Assembly: GCA_000934665.2 (NCBI GenBank)
Contig: JYFJ02004130.1
Coordinates: 1-34,570 of the forward strand
Length of the DNA stretch: 34,570 nt
DNA from: Catajapyx aquilonaris
Lineage: Eukaryota
Reading direction: 5' to 3'
Part shown: in pieces, positions 1 through 12,370 of the stretch
Layout: the number at the start of each line of letters is the position of its first letter
Position numbering within the stretch: position 1 is the stretch's first letter
Position numbers and translations under genes: made by a program
The notes under the pieces: generated by a model
What the model was told of the DNA's origin: nothing
Seen by the model: only the letters and a program-made list of their open reading frames with translations
Databases searched by the model: none

Positions 1-333
1 CCGTACTTATATTATATACTATCTGCTTTTAACTGAAACACTTCAATTTTCGCACAAATTGTAGCCTATCTGCCTTTAAAATTCCAGAATGTCTGTCTAA
101 AGTAGCCACAGGATGCTCAACTATGCGAAATGTCATGCAAGGGGAGAGCCTGTTTTTAAGAGCAACCTTGGGCTATTTTTCATGTGCAATTATTGTATTA
201 ATATACACATACACTACACAGTGAGAAGTCATTTGAGTACAATGTGGATGCACCACATTTTAATGATGATTATGATTATCAATTATTTATTTAAAAAAGG
301 AGCTCAATCATGATATAATTATGACCTGTTAGG

Positions 334-648
334 TTGGTTGGTTGGTTGGTTGGTAGGAAGGGTTACCCAGCTTGTATGGCTCTGTCTGAGTCGAGCCTTG
401 GCAGCCGGGGGTAGGAGAGGAAGGTGTGGGATTGCAAGGTAGGGGTGGAGGAGAAGGGTGGGGGAGAGGAGGGCTGGCCCCGGCTGTACTGCAATGCCGG
501 GTCCAACCCAGGGACGGGGGTGGGATATTCTCCCAAGCACCCCGTCCAACCAAGAAATGCGAGTCAGGTCCGAGGACCGCTCGAGGAAGAGAGTACCGTC
601 GCTGGCGAACCAGCCGGGCCTCATACAACCATTGTAATATTGAAATAA
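334..648 (-). mobile_element. Short non-LTR retroposon (SINE or 5'-truncated LINE 3' end) with (CCAA)n tail, copy 1
   Basis: A 14-bp direct repeat TATGACCTGTTAGG at 320-333 and 649-662 acts as the TSD. A (TTGG)n tract lies at the left end. The body is the reverse complement of ~1920-2115. Confidence 0.8.
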
Positions 649-935
649 TATGACCTGTTAGGCAGTTTGGGCCTCTACTTGTGGAGCCATTACAACCTAC
701 CCGTCTGCGGCGATAAATGGGAAAAATGAATTTACGGATTGTGCCGTGTTCCAGACTGCAGGCATTTGGCAGTCTGAATAAGATACTTGTCCATGTTATT
801 AGTGGGGTAATGCAACTATTAACGATAGGCTTGTGACATCAGTATTATAAATACTATACAGGGTTACTATAAAATAAATAGACACTTTCAACGTTTGATA
901 GAAACCAAAGTAATATTGATAGAACCAAATACTAA

Positions 936-1459
936 AGGCGGGTTCACACTAGCTGACGGGAGCATACGAAAAGAACGATCCGAAAGAGTGGACCAATCAG
1001 AGTCCACTTGAGGATGACGAAAAGTGAAAGGGATTACGAAACGGAAAATACGGGAGAAATGAACTTCTGACGGACACGGAATACGGAATACGTAGGCTTA
1101 CGGACCTATCCACCAATGGAAGAGCCAGGAAAGCGGCAGGGGTGTGGCGAGCGAAAGTGAAAGGGAAAGCCGGCAGCGCCTCAGGCGGGGACAGGACGAA
1201 GGACATCAGTCGGGAGTCGAGACCCAGGGGGAGCGGGCCTCGGGAGATGGGAGAAGAGAAGGGTATGATACCGGTCCGAAGGGAGGGAGAGCCCGAGGGA
1301 GATCCGGCTTCCACCCCGAGAATTCAAGCACAGCGCATATGCTGCGGGATACGGAGGCTAAAGCCACGACACTCGCTTTTGTGTCTGAACACCTTTCCCC
1401 TCTTTCCGTTCGTTCCGTCATACCGTTCCGTTCGTTTCGTAGCTAGTGTGAACGCGCCT
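936..1459. mobile_element. PIF/Harbinger-type MITE
   Basis: TIRs AGGCGGGTTCACACTAGCT (936) and AGCTAGTGTGAACGCGCCT (ends 1459). Flanked by TAA at 933-935 and 1460-1462. No transposase. Confidence 0.85.
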
Positions 1460-1770
1460 TAAGTCCATAAAGTGGGTAAATTAAGTAACGGGCGGAAGAC
1501 AACAAGCTTGTATTGCGGAATTTTATGCTGAAATTAAAATTGTCGATAAAAAATGCCTAAGTCAAGTTCCCACCTCCTTGCAAAAGTGGAACAATTATTC
1601 TTGAGCAGGAAGAAGCACCCAAGTCAGATGCAGCCAATGAGGCGGCTATTTCGGAGCACGTGACAAAATGGCGGCGTCCATCGGCCTGCTGTCGGACGGC
1701 TGCCTTCCTCTGGCAGAGTAAGGCGCCGAAGGCCCTAAAAGTGTGATGCAAAGGGACCTGCGAGGCTGGC

Positions 1771-3683
1771 ATGGACTTAAATAGGACGACAAGAGATGTC
1801 CCGCGTGCGCGTGGTCGAAAACGGCTACGAGAAGAGAGAAATTGGAAGGAAAATGTCCGGAAGACACTCAAACCCAAAGGTAATATTAGGCCTCTCTGCC
1901 TCCGAACAAACATCGAATGGTCGGACGGAGTTCTTGGGAGAATATCCCACCCTCGTCCCTGGGTTGGACCCGGCATTGCAGTACAGCCGGGTCCAGCCCT
2001 CCTCTCCCCCACCCTGCTCACCCCTCTACCTTGCAATCCCACACCTTCCTCTCCTACCCCCGGCTGCCAAGGCTAGAGCTGGGTAACCCTTCCAAACCAA
2101 CCAACCAACAAACCAATGAACAAACAGTGCAGCATAAGAGAGTTGGTTTGTGCATGCGTGAATAATATAGACACACTGACACTATAAATGCGCAACTCTC
2201 AGGTCAGGTTTACGTCCCCAAAAGAGCCTCGAAAAACACCTGTAGTTGCTAGGACACTCCAGGAACTGCCAATGTGTCGGTGTCATTGCTCCTAGAAATT
2301 TTCACTTGAAGAACGAGGAGCAGTACTACTGCAACGTTTCAATGACATTGGCGACCATGTGAAACAAAACGTCTACCTACAGGGATGCTTGCAGTTACAT
2401 GAGGTAGGTAGGCCTACACTGCAATTGAGAATGAGAAGGTCATGCTTCTGGTACTGCAAAAAAAATAATGCTGTTGTATCCAAGATAACTTCCTGTGACT
2501 ATAGTCTGAAATATTTTTCATTACCTATATATCTTTAAAGGTGAAACAGAGGCGGAAGCGGGATGTCCCTGAGGAAAAAAGAAGACAGCCCAAGACGTGC
2601 TCATACAAGTACATTGTTACTGTCAACAACATATCCACCACAGTGTGCAAGAAGTCATTTTGTGCACTTCATTGTATCACGGATGCACGCGTACGCAAGA
2701 AGGTACAAGGTGGTGAGGCACACACAGATAAGAGAGGATCAAAAGTACCACCAAATAAGACATCTTCTGACATGTTAGAAAGGGTGACACAACACATCTC
2801 TAGCTTTAAAGCACGTGAGTCACATTATTCCAGAGCCAAGGCAACTAACAAGCGGTATTTAGACGCGAAACTGAACATTTCAAAAATGCACAGCATGTAT
2901 AATGCAGAAAACTGTGGATTCAAGTGTAGCTACCGCTTCTACCGTCATGTATTCAATCATGAATTTAACATCAAATTTGGGTTTCCTCGAAGCGACATAT
3001 GTGCCACTTGTGAAAAGTTGGCAGTTGATATTCGTGACACAGAGAGGACAATCACGTCAACATCAAATGCTAAAGTTAAGTATATGATGCAAAAGCCCAT
3101 TTGGGAGAAGTGACAAAACTGCTTGACATATACATCACAGGAAAGGAGAGGCGTTTTATACCACACGTAGAGAACTTCGTGACAAAGCAAAACTTGATAA
3201 CACATACTGTGTTATTGCTATGGATTTTCAAAAAAACCTGCCACTGCCAGTAACTAATGTTAGTGTGGAATATTACAAGAGGCAGTTATGACTTAATGTC
3301 TTCAACATCCAAGACATGGGAAATGATAAAGCTATCATGTACACATGGGCAGAACACTACACTGGAAAGGGTCCTGACCAAGTCATATCATGCTCAGAAA
3401 ATTATATTTTAGAGAAAGTGGGTGAAAATCCAGACATGACACATGTAGTCATTTTTGCCGACAACTGTGCTGCTGCACATAATAAGAACATGTACTTTTT
3501 TGGTTTCCTGCATTCTATTGTAAATAGGCTGAAACTACATTCTGCAACTGTTCATTACCCTATTCCTGGGCACAGTCGTCTACCTTGCGATGCAGACTTT
3601 GCCCTTGTGGAAAAAAGGCGGCGAAAGATAGATAAAGTCTACACCGCCGAAGATTGGATAGAGGTCATTGAAGAATCTAGGCA
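1771..3683 (+). pseudogene. Decayed, intron-containing Sola1-like DDD transposase
   Basis: Motifs RKRLREERNWKENVRK..G-Q-V-Y, VCKKSFCALH, HISSFKARESHYSR, FGFPRSDICATC, MDFQKNLPLP..YYKRQL, YTWAE..GPDQVISC, FADNC..HNKN and GHSRLPCDADF..E match remembered Sola1-type transposases. Putative introns are 1880-2202 (phase 1) and 2404-2540 (phase 0). There are in-frame stops and frameshifts near 2240-2295, ~3110 and ~3290. A palindromic insertion at ~3684 truncates it. Confidence 0.75.
1913..2117 (+). mobile_element. Short retroposon with (CCAA)n tail, copy 2, more 5'-truncated, inside the transposase intron
   Basis: Near-identical to the reverse complement of ~340-550. Direct repeat GAACAAACA at 1904-1912 and 2118-2126. 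Confidence 0.75.
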
Positions 3684-4498
3684 AATGTTGCTAGCTAGAC
3701 CATCTCGGATTTTGCTGAAAATAATCACAATTGTACACACCTATGCCATAACACTGCATCTCAAGTTTCAGCCAAATTTCTAAATACCGTTGGGAGGGAA
3801 AAAATCGTGAAACTTTGGAAATTGGGACTTTTTTTGGATAATTTTGTTCGGTTGTTGGAAGTGGTCAAAACCCAATCAACGTATACATCAAATGAGATGA
3901 AAGAGAGAGGAACAAGGAAAATGTGGCTATATAATTTGTTTTTACGAAAATGCACCCAGAAAAACCTGTGGAGCATTCCATCGGTCACATGCTCAGCACC
4001 ATGTCCAAGTATTTAGACCCCAATAATAAATTAGTGATGTATTTTTGTTTAAGAGCGGCCATATTTGGTGACAGGAGTTGTTACCCGCACAAGATTTAAT
4101 ATGTTCAGATTCAATTCTGGGTCATGCATGGCTCGCCAGAACATAATGGATATATGTTTTGCCGAATTACCATTAATTTTGATGGAGCAAAATTCTTGGA
4201 CATGTGACTGATGCACACACGTTTTTCTGGTTACATTTCAGAGGAAAACAAATAATTCCATGCGCGCATTCTCCTGGTATTTCTCTTTCATTTGATGTAC
4301 TGTATATGTAGATTGGGTTTTGACCACTTCCACTAACCGAAAATAATTATCCAAAGGGCCCCATTTTCAAAGTTTCGCGATTTTTTCTCTCCCAATGGTA
4401 CTTAGAAATTTGGCTGAAACTTGATAGGCAGTGTTGTGGCATAGCTGTGTACAGCTGTGATTATTTCCAGCGAAGGTCGAGATGGTCTAGCAACATTT
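3684..4498. mobile_element. Foldback/MITE-like element with long imperfect inverted arms
   Basis: ~3684-3960 is the reverse complement of ~4250-4498. Example: AAATGTTGCTAG..CAAGTTTCAGCCAAATTTCTAA versus TTAGAAATTTGGCTGAAACTTG..CTAGCAACATTT. Confidence 0.75.
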
Positions 4499-5256
4499 AG
4501 GCCCACTTGATTGGGAAAAACTGCTATATTTGAGGATTTAGGTTTTTTGACTGCCCCGAGGTCAAAAAGAAATCGAAGACGAAATAAATGGTCATTAATA
4601 TGAGTTACGAGTGACCTAAGGAACATGGAAATAGCGATAAATTTCCATGGACAAATATCGTGTTGCATAGTGTAATAATCAGAAGAAAGCCATAAAATAG
4701 TTCCCTTACGCCTATACTGCCTTATTTTTTAATGGGGCCGCCACCTATGGAACACAGAGATAAGAAGCTCGCAAAGGCGTGCCGTTGTCATGCCACTCAT
4801 TTGACACAGGGTATGCCTACTTCAATAATTATCAATGCTAACATGACAACTTGTCTTTGCTTCTAAATATTATCGCCGTTTGGGTTTCAGTATAGGAATG
4901 ACATTAAAATATGGCGGTGGTCTACAGCTGTCTTGTAAGTCTTAACGGAATACTGTATAACTTACACCCCCTTCTTGCACTACCCAACCTCTCAATTTAC
5001 CAGTGTAGGCAGTGTTGTGTAAGTGAACAAAGTAATTATCGGGAGTAATAATATATTGACTTTCCCATACACCCCTGTGATGTGGTAACAACCAGTTGGA
5101 TGCAGTACCATTTGGCGTGTATTTTTGTTCGTAACCTTTGACCCCATACAATCTACCACTTTTTTTGATGGTCCATCCCATTGTATTCACATTTTGAAAG
5201 TGTCATTTGTCTGCGAAGCATCGTTTAATCGTTTAATCAAAATAATGCTTCCTCCA

Positions 5257-5257
<1 letters not shown>

Positions 5258-5292
<35 letters not shown>
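5258..5292. repeat. (CAA)n microsatellite
   Basis: Read directly from the sequence. Confidence 0.95.
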
Positions 5293-5487
5293 CTTAGCAA
5301 ATGTAACCTCTCCTCTGTCACCACCTACCAGTAATAAAGGTTTTCTTTTACACCTAAAAAGTGTTCTAAAAGGTCTGTTAGTCTGCATAAATCATATTTA
5401 GGTCTGCTTTCAGGTATTTGCTTCGCCTTTTAAACCTTAAACATCCACAAAATGCTACAGTTGCGACTGAAATGTTACAAAAGATAA

Positions 5488-5609
5488 TGGGTCGAATTTT
5501 CGTCCCATCGCACTGATGATATAGTTATACTGCTAACTTTGCAGTGCCATTTCCAACGCTGGTACTGCTAAGTTAGCAGTAACTAGCAGTGGGACGAAAG
5601 TTCCACCCA
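5488..5609. mobile_element. Small palindromic MITE
   Basis: Termini TGGGTCGAATTTTCGTCCCA / TGGGACGAAAGTTCCACCCA, plus an inner inverted pair ACTGCTAACTTTGCAGT / ACTGCTAAGTTAGCAGT. Confidence 0.6.
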
Positions 5610-6602
5610 ATAATTATTACTTCTGTAAAAGTAGAAATCTGCGAGTAAATTGCGGTCGCCATCTTTGTGCTCATAATGACGTCATTTTGGATTCACTTAA
5701 TTGATTTTTCTACCCCTCTCGCCTGCATCACATAAAAGTATTATTTGCTAATATTAGGCGGAACAGAATCATGAATTCCAGCTATAAATTATAATGAATT
5801 TGAGATTTCAAAATAATTATTGTCAATATTGTCATCAAACGTGAATGGCATAATCCACACTACTTATACGTACTCCACCGTACCGTATGATTGATGATGG
5901 AAACGGATCTCCCACTTCCATCCCGTTATATGTAACAGTTTATTTTTATTACTCTGTAAGAGCGCATTAAAGAACTCAATACAAAGTTATAAGTTACTGT
6001 ACTTGCGGAGATGCTTAAAATGACCTATTTTGGCTATTTTAATATAACTTTAGTTATAATTTCCAGGCTGTTCTATAACTATTTTAAATTATTTAACTCT
6101 CAGAAACACAATCAGAAAATACACAATTTACAATACGTATTTAGATCATAATTACGAGGACCATAACATATAGTACAATGGAAAGTGATACAACTGTTAG
6201 ATCAAAATAATATTCCATTGTGCTGCATTATTCTGCACACATCACCGCAGAGAAAATCCAAATAAAAATGTATTATAATAATGTCCATACGAAATGTTTG
6301 TGATCTCATTATGCTCTCAACTAACTGTAAGTGCATCTGTTAATTACAGTGCCCATACTATCGATGTGTACTTTACAACAAACAGGCATGAGGTTTGTGA
6401 GAGATCTATACAATCTAGTGCATTTGTACTGTTCAAGGTGTTCCAATTGAAATGTCCTTAGTGGTTAGAAATTTTTGGCACTAAGCTGCTTATTTTAAGT
6501 AGTTATTTTGTACAGTTACTGTAGTGGTACCGTTACTAAAAGTATTAGCTACAAATATCAGGCCGAATTGAATCATTTATGCGAGTTCTTAATTGCAATT
6601 AT

Positions 6603-6608
<6 letters not shown>

Positions 6609-6692
<84 letters not shown>

Positions 6693-6950
6693 GATACCTC
6701 CTGGATAAGCCTCCTTGGGATTTTTAGGGGATCATCTTTTAATTGACCGACTTTAATCATTGCCTTTGATGTGATGGATTTTGATTGCGGGAGGAAACGG
6801 GAGAACCCCGAGAAAACCCACGCGAACACGGAGAGAACCCATCGAAACTCTATCCAAATAAGTATCCTCTGTCCGATCCGGGGATCGTACTCGGGACCTT
6901 AGAGGTGGAGGGCTGCGGCGCTAACCACTCCGCCACTGTGTCGCCCTCGA
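6609..6950 (-). mobile_element. tRNA-derived SINE with V-domain-like core and (TTA)n tail, copy 1
   Basis: On the minus strand: A box TGGCGGAGTGG, B-box-like GAGTACGATCC and core GCGTGGGTTTTCTCGGGGTTCTCCCGTTTCCTCCC. (AAT)n tract at 6605-6690. TSD AATTATGTAATA at 6597-6608 and 6951-6962. A second copy lies at 32161-32420. Confidence 0.9.
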
Positions 6951-7081
6951 AATTATGTAATATTTCCGATCTGGAATGGCCCTTTGGAACAATATATTGG
7001 TATCAAATGTCAATGACAGAACGCATTTTATTATGCGGGCTAGACTCTCTTGCAGGCTTTAAAAAGGATGGGCCCACACAA

Positions 7082-7690
7082 CCGTAAAACTTCTATAAGT
7101 CGAACTTCCCTAAGTCGAAGTTCTCTATAAGTCGAAGAAATTGATGAGCTTGGTTGGTCACAATGTAAAAGAATAGGAAATAAACTTCCCTAACTCGTAT
7201 TTCTATTACTCGAAGTTCTCCATAACTCGAAGTGCAGGGAGTGCCTTACGATATGGGATATCAATGCATTTTCAGTCTCCCTAAGTCGATGTTCATGTTG
7301 GCGAGTACGGAAAATTTCCTAATTTCCCAGCCGAAGGGTCGAGAGTAGGCCACATGTACAGAAAGGCTCAATTTCCTGATCTACCTCTACCAGACGTACT
7401 ACCGAAAGAAGTGTTTGACTCGATTGTGACAATTGAATCCTTGAATCTAAGAGTAGCCAAATGTCCATAATGGACATTTTATTTTACAACAAAACAACGA
7501 GGAACAGTGTAAGTTAGTGTGATAGTGACAGTTAATTTTAAGTTTTGAACACCTTTCGTTGCTGGATATAAAGGTAGGCTTCCTTATAGAGTTATGTGCT
7601 TAAAAATTTCAAACTTCTCTAACTCTAATCTTCTATAACTCGAAGTTTTTTCCCGGTTCCATGGAGATTCTACTTATAGATGTTTTACTG
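7082..7690. mobile_element. pogo/Tigger-like MITE
   Basis: TIRs C(C)GTAAAACTTCTATAAGTCGAA / TTCTACTTATAGATGTTTTACTG. Repeated subterminal TTCYMTAASTCGAA motifs. Confidence 0.7.
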
Positions 7691-7875
7691 GATTACAAAT
7701 TAATAGTCTACTGTTAATAAGTAAGTAAGAATGCAAAATATTTGCTTAAAAATATGCAGCTTCATGCAAAAAATGTTAACCAAAATACAGGATCTTTCAA
7801 CTGGAACTCCCTACATACCCGCAGGACGATTATGGGTTGATTAAAGGCCTTTAATGAATATGACTAATCCACAAA

Positions 7876-8024
7876 GGAGCCGTACGCATATTACGTCATC
7901 ATCGCGGGGGGGGGGGGGTCCAGATTGGGATGAATAAGCCAACGAAAAACCGGGGNGTGCCAAATGATGAGGGGGGGGGGGTCAAAATGTCAAAAATGTG
8001 ATGATGTAATATGTGTACGGCCCC
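7876..8024. mobile_element. Small Harbinger-like MITE
   Basis: TIRs GGAGCCGTACGCATATTACGTCATCA / TGATGATGTAATATGTGTACGGCCCC, with internal poly-G runs. Confidence 0.7.
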
Positions 8025-8340
8025 AAAAACTTTTAACTCATTATTAACATAGCCTATTGGGGATTAAATCACACTGGCATGAACCTTTTCAACCTACTAT
8101 ACTATATAGTACGAGCAATATATACGGTACAAGATGTCAGAAACAGTGTAGTTCTACTACTTTGTCATTACAAGTATAATTATATATAAAGAAATGAAAC
8201 CACATTGACTTTCATCATCTAAAATGCATAATGCATTTTGTAAAACCAGAAGACTAGAAGAACTGCCTAGCAGCTCATAGTATCAGACGGAAAATGAGAC
8301 CATATCTCTCCGTGAAAATATTATGCCCTGGTGGCACCTG

Positions 8341-11300
8341 TTAAATAGACACTGGAGATCGTGAAGGGGCAATCCGTCGACGTGTGCCTGTGCCTGTTCC
8401 TAAGAACACGTTGAAATCATTCTTGATGATCTGAGGCATATCCGCCTTTCGTCTACGATGTCCATACATGGCCTGTACCAAATCAACATACATCATTATT
8501 AAATTGAGGTTAAACACCAATGGATTGTAAACTCACCCATATCTGTTCCACAATAAGAAAAAAAGTGCTGAGAACGAGTCCCGTACATAGAAAGATATAG
8601 AGGAAAAGTACCTCCCCAAAGGAGGCAGAAATGGCTTTGTCTCTGGTACATCTCTTCAGCTGGGGAAGGAACCTTTTCCTCATTTCGTGCACCAGACCGG
8701 ATTCCCTCAACCTCAGGATTCTGAAGAGAGAATTCAGGAACGCTTTACCGGCGACAGGAATAGTTCTGGCTGTCAAGTCAGTATGAATAAGTTTCATTCA
8801 CAGAAAAAATATAGGCTACCAGATTTCCAGTAAATAAAAATTAACAAATTTGAAGAGCAGTCTCAAAAATTTAGTGATTCATCAATTTACCATTTTAAGC
8901 CAGTGCAGTAGTGGACTTACGCAAAATTGAGCATATTTCGATAAGGCCAGTTCTTTTTAATGGCAAATGCCAACCCTCCCGGCAAGTAGTTTCCAGGCAG
9001 TTCGATTATGGAGCAACTCAGGTCAGTGGGAAGCTGCTGAAGATAGTATCGGACCCCGTCTTTGACGCCCATAAACACGTAGTTGTCACCAAGAGCTTTC
9101 TGTACTCCTTCCGAGTACGACGACACCAGATTATCCGGACTTCTGCTGACTATCCTGTCCCACAGCTCCATCAACCAATAACATTCGGATGCTGGGTCTG
9201 TTTCTCCTCGGCACAGGCTCTGCCCAAAAATGGTTACAAAATCATACTCACGAGTAAGGGTTATTATGTAATCTGTTCTAAATAATAATGTAGCAATGAA
9301 AAAGTAGGTTCTCAAATAAATTATGTCAATAACGATTTCCAATAGATTGTTCTATGACACAACACAGAGCACAAAAATATGTTATGGTCCACTAAGCTTT
9401 TAGTTCCAATAATAACTGTTAATAACACCTGCATTATGCTCTGAATCTACATAAGGATATACCTCCATGGCAAGATTGGCCAGGTCTCCTCGAATGGGAC
9501 CTGCCTTCCACTCCTTGCTTTTATGCACCAGTCCTTCAAGATCACGAAAAGGCCAGGCAGGTTTCAGCGCTACGGCTAGATGAGAGGTCAGAGTAGCGGA
9601 GTAGCAGTTGAAAATAATGAGGAAGGCAACTGCTCCCAGCCAAAATAGTCCCCGACCTAACAGAGACTCAGGCAATGTGGCGGAACCTGAAGAATATTAA
9701 TTATGACACTGTTATGTAACCACATCATGCCGAAGAAACACCTATAGCAATTAGACGCATACCTGTTTGACAGAATGCTGCAATCACACTGATATAGCTG
9801 TCAGCAACTGTAAGGGGAGGCTCCTTATCATTGGGTTTCCTTCTTCTTCTCTCAACTAGCCATATAGTAGCCCCGATGCTTACGAACAGAAGAAGAGTCA
9901 TCAAGTATACCACGGGCGATAACGGATTCACGTAGAACCACCATTTAGTCTCAAACAGTCCTTGTGTTCGCATGTACATGCGACGGCTGAAAGATGATAG
10001 AAATTACAAGTAGTTTGACACTATACTGATGCGCCATAGTGTAATACCTTGTAAAAATAATTGATTGGCTGAAATCAATGGCGTCGAGTCTGTCGGTCGT
10101 GACGGACACTTCGCTGGATGTGATGTCGGCTTCCCCACGGTTCAGCATACCAATCATGCCAGTCCAGCTGCCGTTCACCATATTTCCGTAGGCGTATCCC
10201 TCCAGAATGGTTATGTTGTACCTGAATTAAAACATAGCACATTTCAGATTTGAAAGGCAGAAATTAATGAGCAAGCAAGCATACCTGAAGTTCAGCTCGT
10301 AAGCAATGAGCTCGAAGAGACTGGAGAACATCCCTCCAGAAATGTTATATCCGTTACTGGTATTCGCGTATTCCCCGTAAAATGGAGCTACCTGCGAGAA
10401 CATGTAGTTGAAAAGGAGTGCCTATTCACTATTCGAACTGACTCATTGTAATGGAGAGTGTGGAAGATTATCACTAGTGATTAAGCAGCCATCACAATCC
10501 AAAAGTTCTAAACTGGATCGTTGTCTTGAAGAGGACAACTGGGGTACGATTGTGCATTATCAGGCAATGTTGCATGCCTGTCCTCGAAGATGCCCTTGGA
10601 CTCACTCCTTTCGCTAACAGATACCTGATGATCCCATGATGAGCTCTGTTAGCCACCTCCACAAAATGCAGCATACTCTGAAGCGACTGATTTATTTATA
10701 AACCCGATGAATGTGAGTACAGTATTATACTGTCATATATACTGCTTGCGACATTTTGTGATGCGGAAGAAGTGAAAATCGAAATGATAGTGTGAGCCGT
10801 GCGAGTAAGAAAAGGTAGGCCTTGAGTGACGTCACCGGCTGGTGGGCAATGGAGAAAAGGCGTGTCCCCAGCTAGTGACCTCACCCAAGGGCTACCACTT
10901 CTTACTTACATGTCTCGCATTCTATCACTTCGATTTGCACGTCTGCCGCATCGGAAAATGTCGCTAGCAGTATGACGGAATTAATGTCCAGCACTGTATA
11001 TACATGGTAAGAAGGGGCCAGTTAGTAACGTTATATCAGAGTCTCCTCCGTTTCTCCTATTCTTCCTCACTCTCCCATATAGCCTACATGGTGACACTTG
11101 CATTACCTGGATTCCCACCGCTTTAACCATCGCTCCTTGCAAGTCTTTTCTTCTGATCAGCTTATTTTGAATTTGAGACAGATCCCAGCCGGCAGACTGG
11201 TTCCAGAATCCTCGTGGGGAGAAGCTTATGTTGCACATGTCGCACACTCGGTACATGTCGTCAAGCTGCGTGTATTGGTGCATTAAAGTGGGTTCACATC

Positions 11301-12370
11301 ATTGTAGGATTACAACATAAACGACCCAAAGGCAATGGGCATTGACTCCCGTGTGAACCCAGCTAAATTACACACAGATATATGCTTGAAAATGGTTCAT
11401 CAATTACTGATACCTGAATTCCTTCAAACCATCCCACAGACGTGGCGGAATAAAGGTTGCTGTCTACATAGGCCGGGATGTTGTTCAGCAGCGTCTGGTT
11501 CAGATTCATACCTTCCTGGACTACCAAAAACCATCTCATGGTGTTACCCAGAGCAATCACTTCTTCGTCACTTCCCTGCTCAGAACAACAACATACGTAA
11601 TTAAGTGACAGTACACAGTAGTAGGCTACTATATTTCTTACAAAAAAAATTATTAATCCTGTGGAATGCTCAAACACACTTCGAGTTGATATACCTGTAT
11701 TTATACATTTTTGCAGCAGGTTTTTAGCACAAAATCAGCCCCAAAAAACTATCATTACATTAAGTATGCCTGACCTTCAAAGGAAGTTGGTAGTGCGGCC
11801 TGTCCTGATTGGTGAGGACCTGCAGCGCTTCATTAGGGTTTCCAAAACAAATAAAGTTCCCCCTGGAAGCGAATCTGGAGAGATCAGTGATGACTTTTGG
11901 AATATCTTGAATCCTGCGCAAGATGGTCAGGTAGATTAGCCTGGCCGAGAGCTCCCTGCTTAGGCATCCCCTCATGATGCATCTCCATGGATATTCACCT
12001 GCATACACCCAAACATTCATTTAGTGTGGGTCATTATAATGTACCATTCCGAGGCAGAGAAGACAACGATGTCATGGCATGTGAATGTGTGGATGTTTTG
12101 ACTCATGCGTAAACATTGTTGTCTTCTTTCACCCGGTCAAATATATTCCGACCTACCTGGTTCACCAGTGACAAGAATCAAGTGCTTCATCTGGAATCTG
12201 ACGACCATGTCCACTATAAAGCGAAACATGGGCATGCAGTAATGGTGCATGAGTGCATCTTCAGAATGCTGCTGCTGCGCAGCACATCTTTTATCAAGCT
12301 GACCAATGCAGAGTCGAAAGCAACATGTGAGCACCAAGAGGCACATGCGAAGAAAGCTCCACAGGTCCAT
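8341..12370 (-). CDS. Ionotropic receptor (IR; variant ionotropic glutamate receptor family chemoreceptor), ~700 aa, 11 exons
   Basis: Phase-consistent GT-AG exons: 12370-12157, 11998-11775, 11575-11414, 11265-11107, 10391-10285, 10221-10048, 9986-9763, 9686-9463, 9219-8921, 8720-8537, 8472-8341 (2103 nt). Features: signal-peptide-like start MDLWSFLRMCLLVLTCC; LDDMYRV..G.W..RRKDLQG; S1 NGSWTGMIGMLNRGEADI..TDRLDAIDFS; M1; pore AFCQTG; M2 YSATLTSHL; S2 LAFAIKKNWPYRNMLNFAILRLRESGL; M3. The N-terminal exons are less certain than the core. Confidence 0.9.
10732..10976. mobile_element. MITE in IR intron 4
   Basis: Inverted arms TACTGCTTGCGACATTTTGTGATGCGG / CCGCATCGGAAAATGTCGCTAGCAGTA. Confidence 0.7.

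Noticed and set aside
329..352. Telomeric TTAGG array or telomere-targeted insertion
   Set aside because: There is only one TTAGG. The tract is (TTGG)n, and the second copy's target lacks TTAGG.
7088..7290. CRISPR-like repeated TAAGTCGAA units
   Set aside because: The units are short, degenerate and irregularly spaced, in a eukaryotic context. They are subterminal repeats of a MITE.
11639..11694. Possible extra IR exon between exons 2 and 3
   Set aside because: It has splice-like ends, but its open frame needs a phase-1 donor that exon 2 does not offer. The model is in frame without it.
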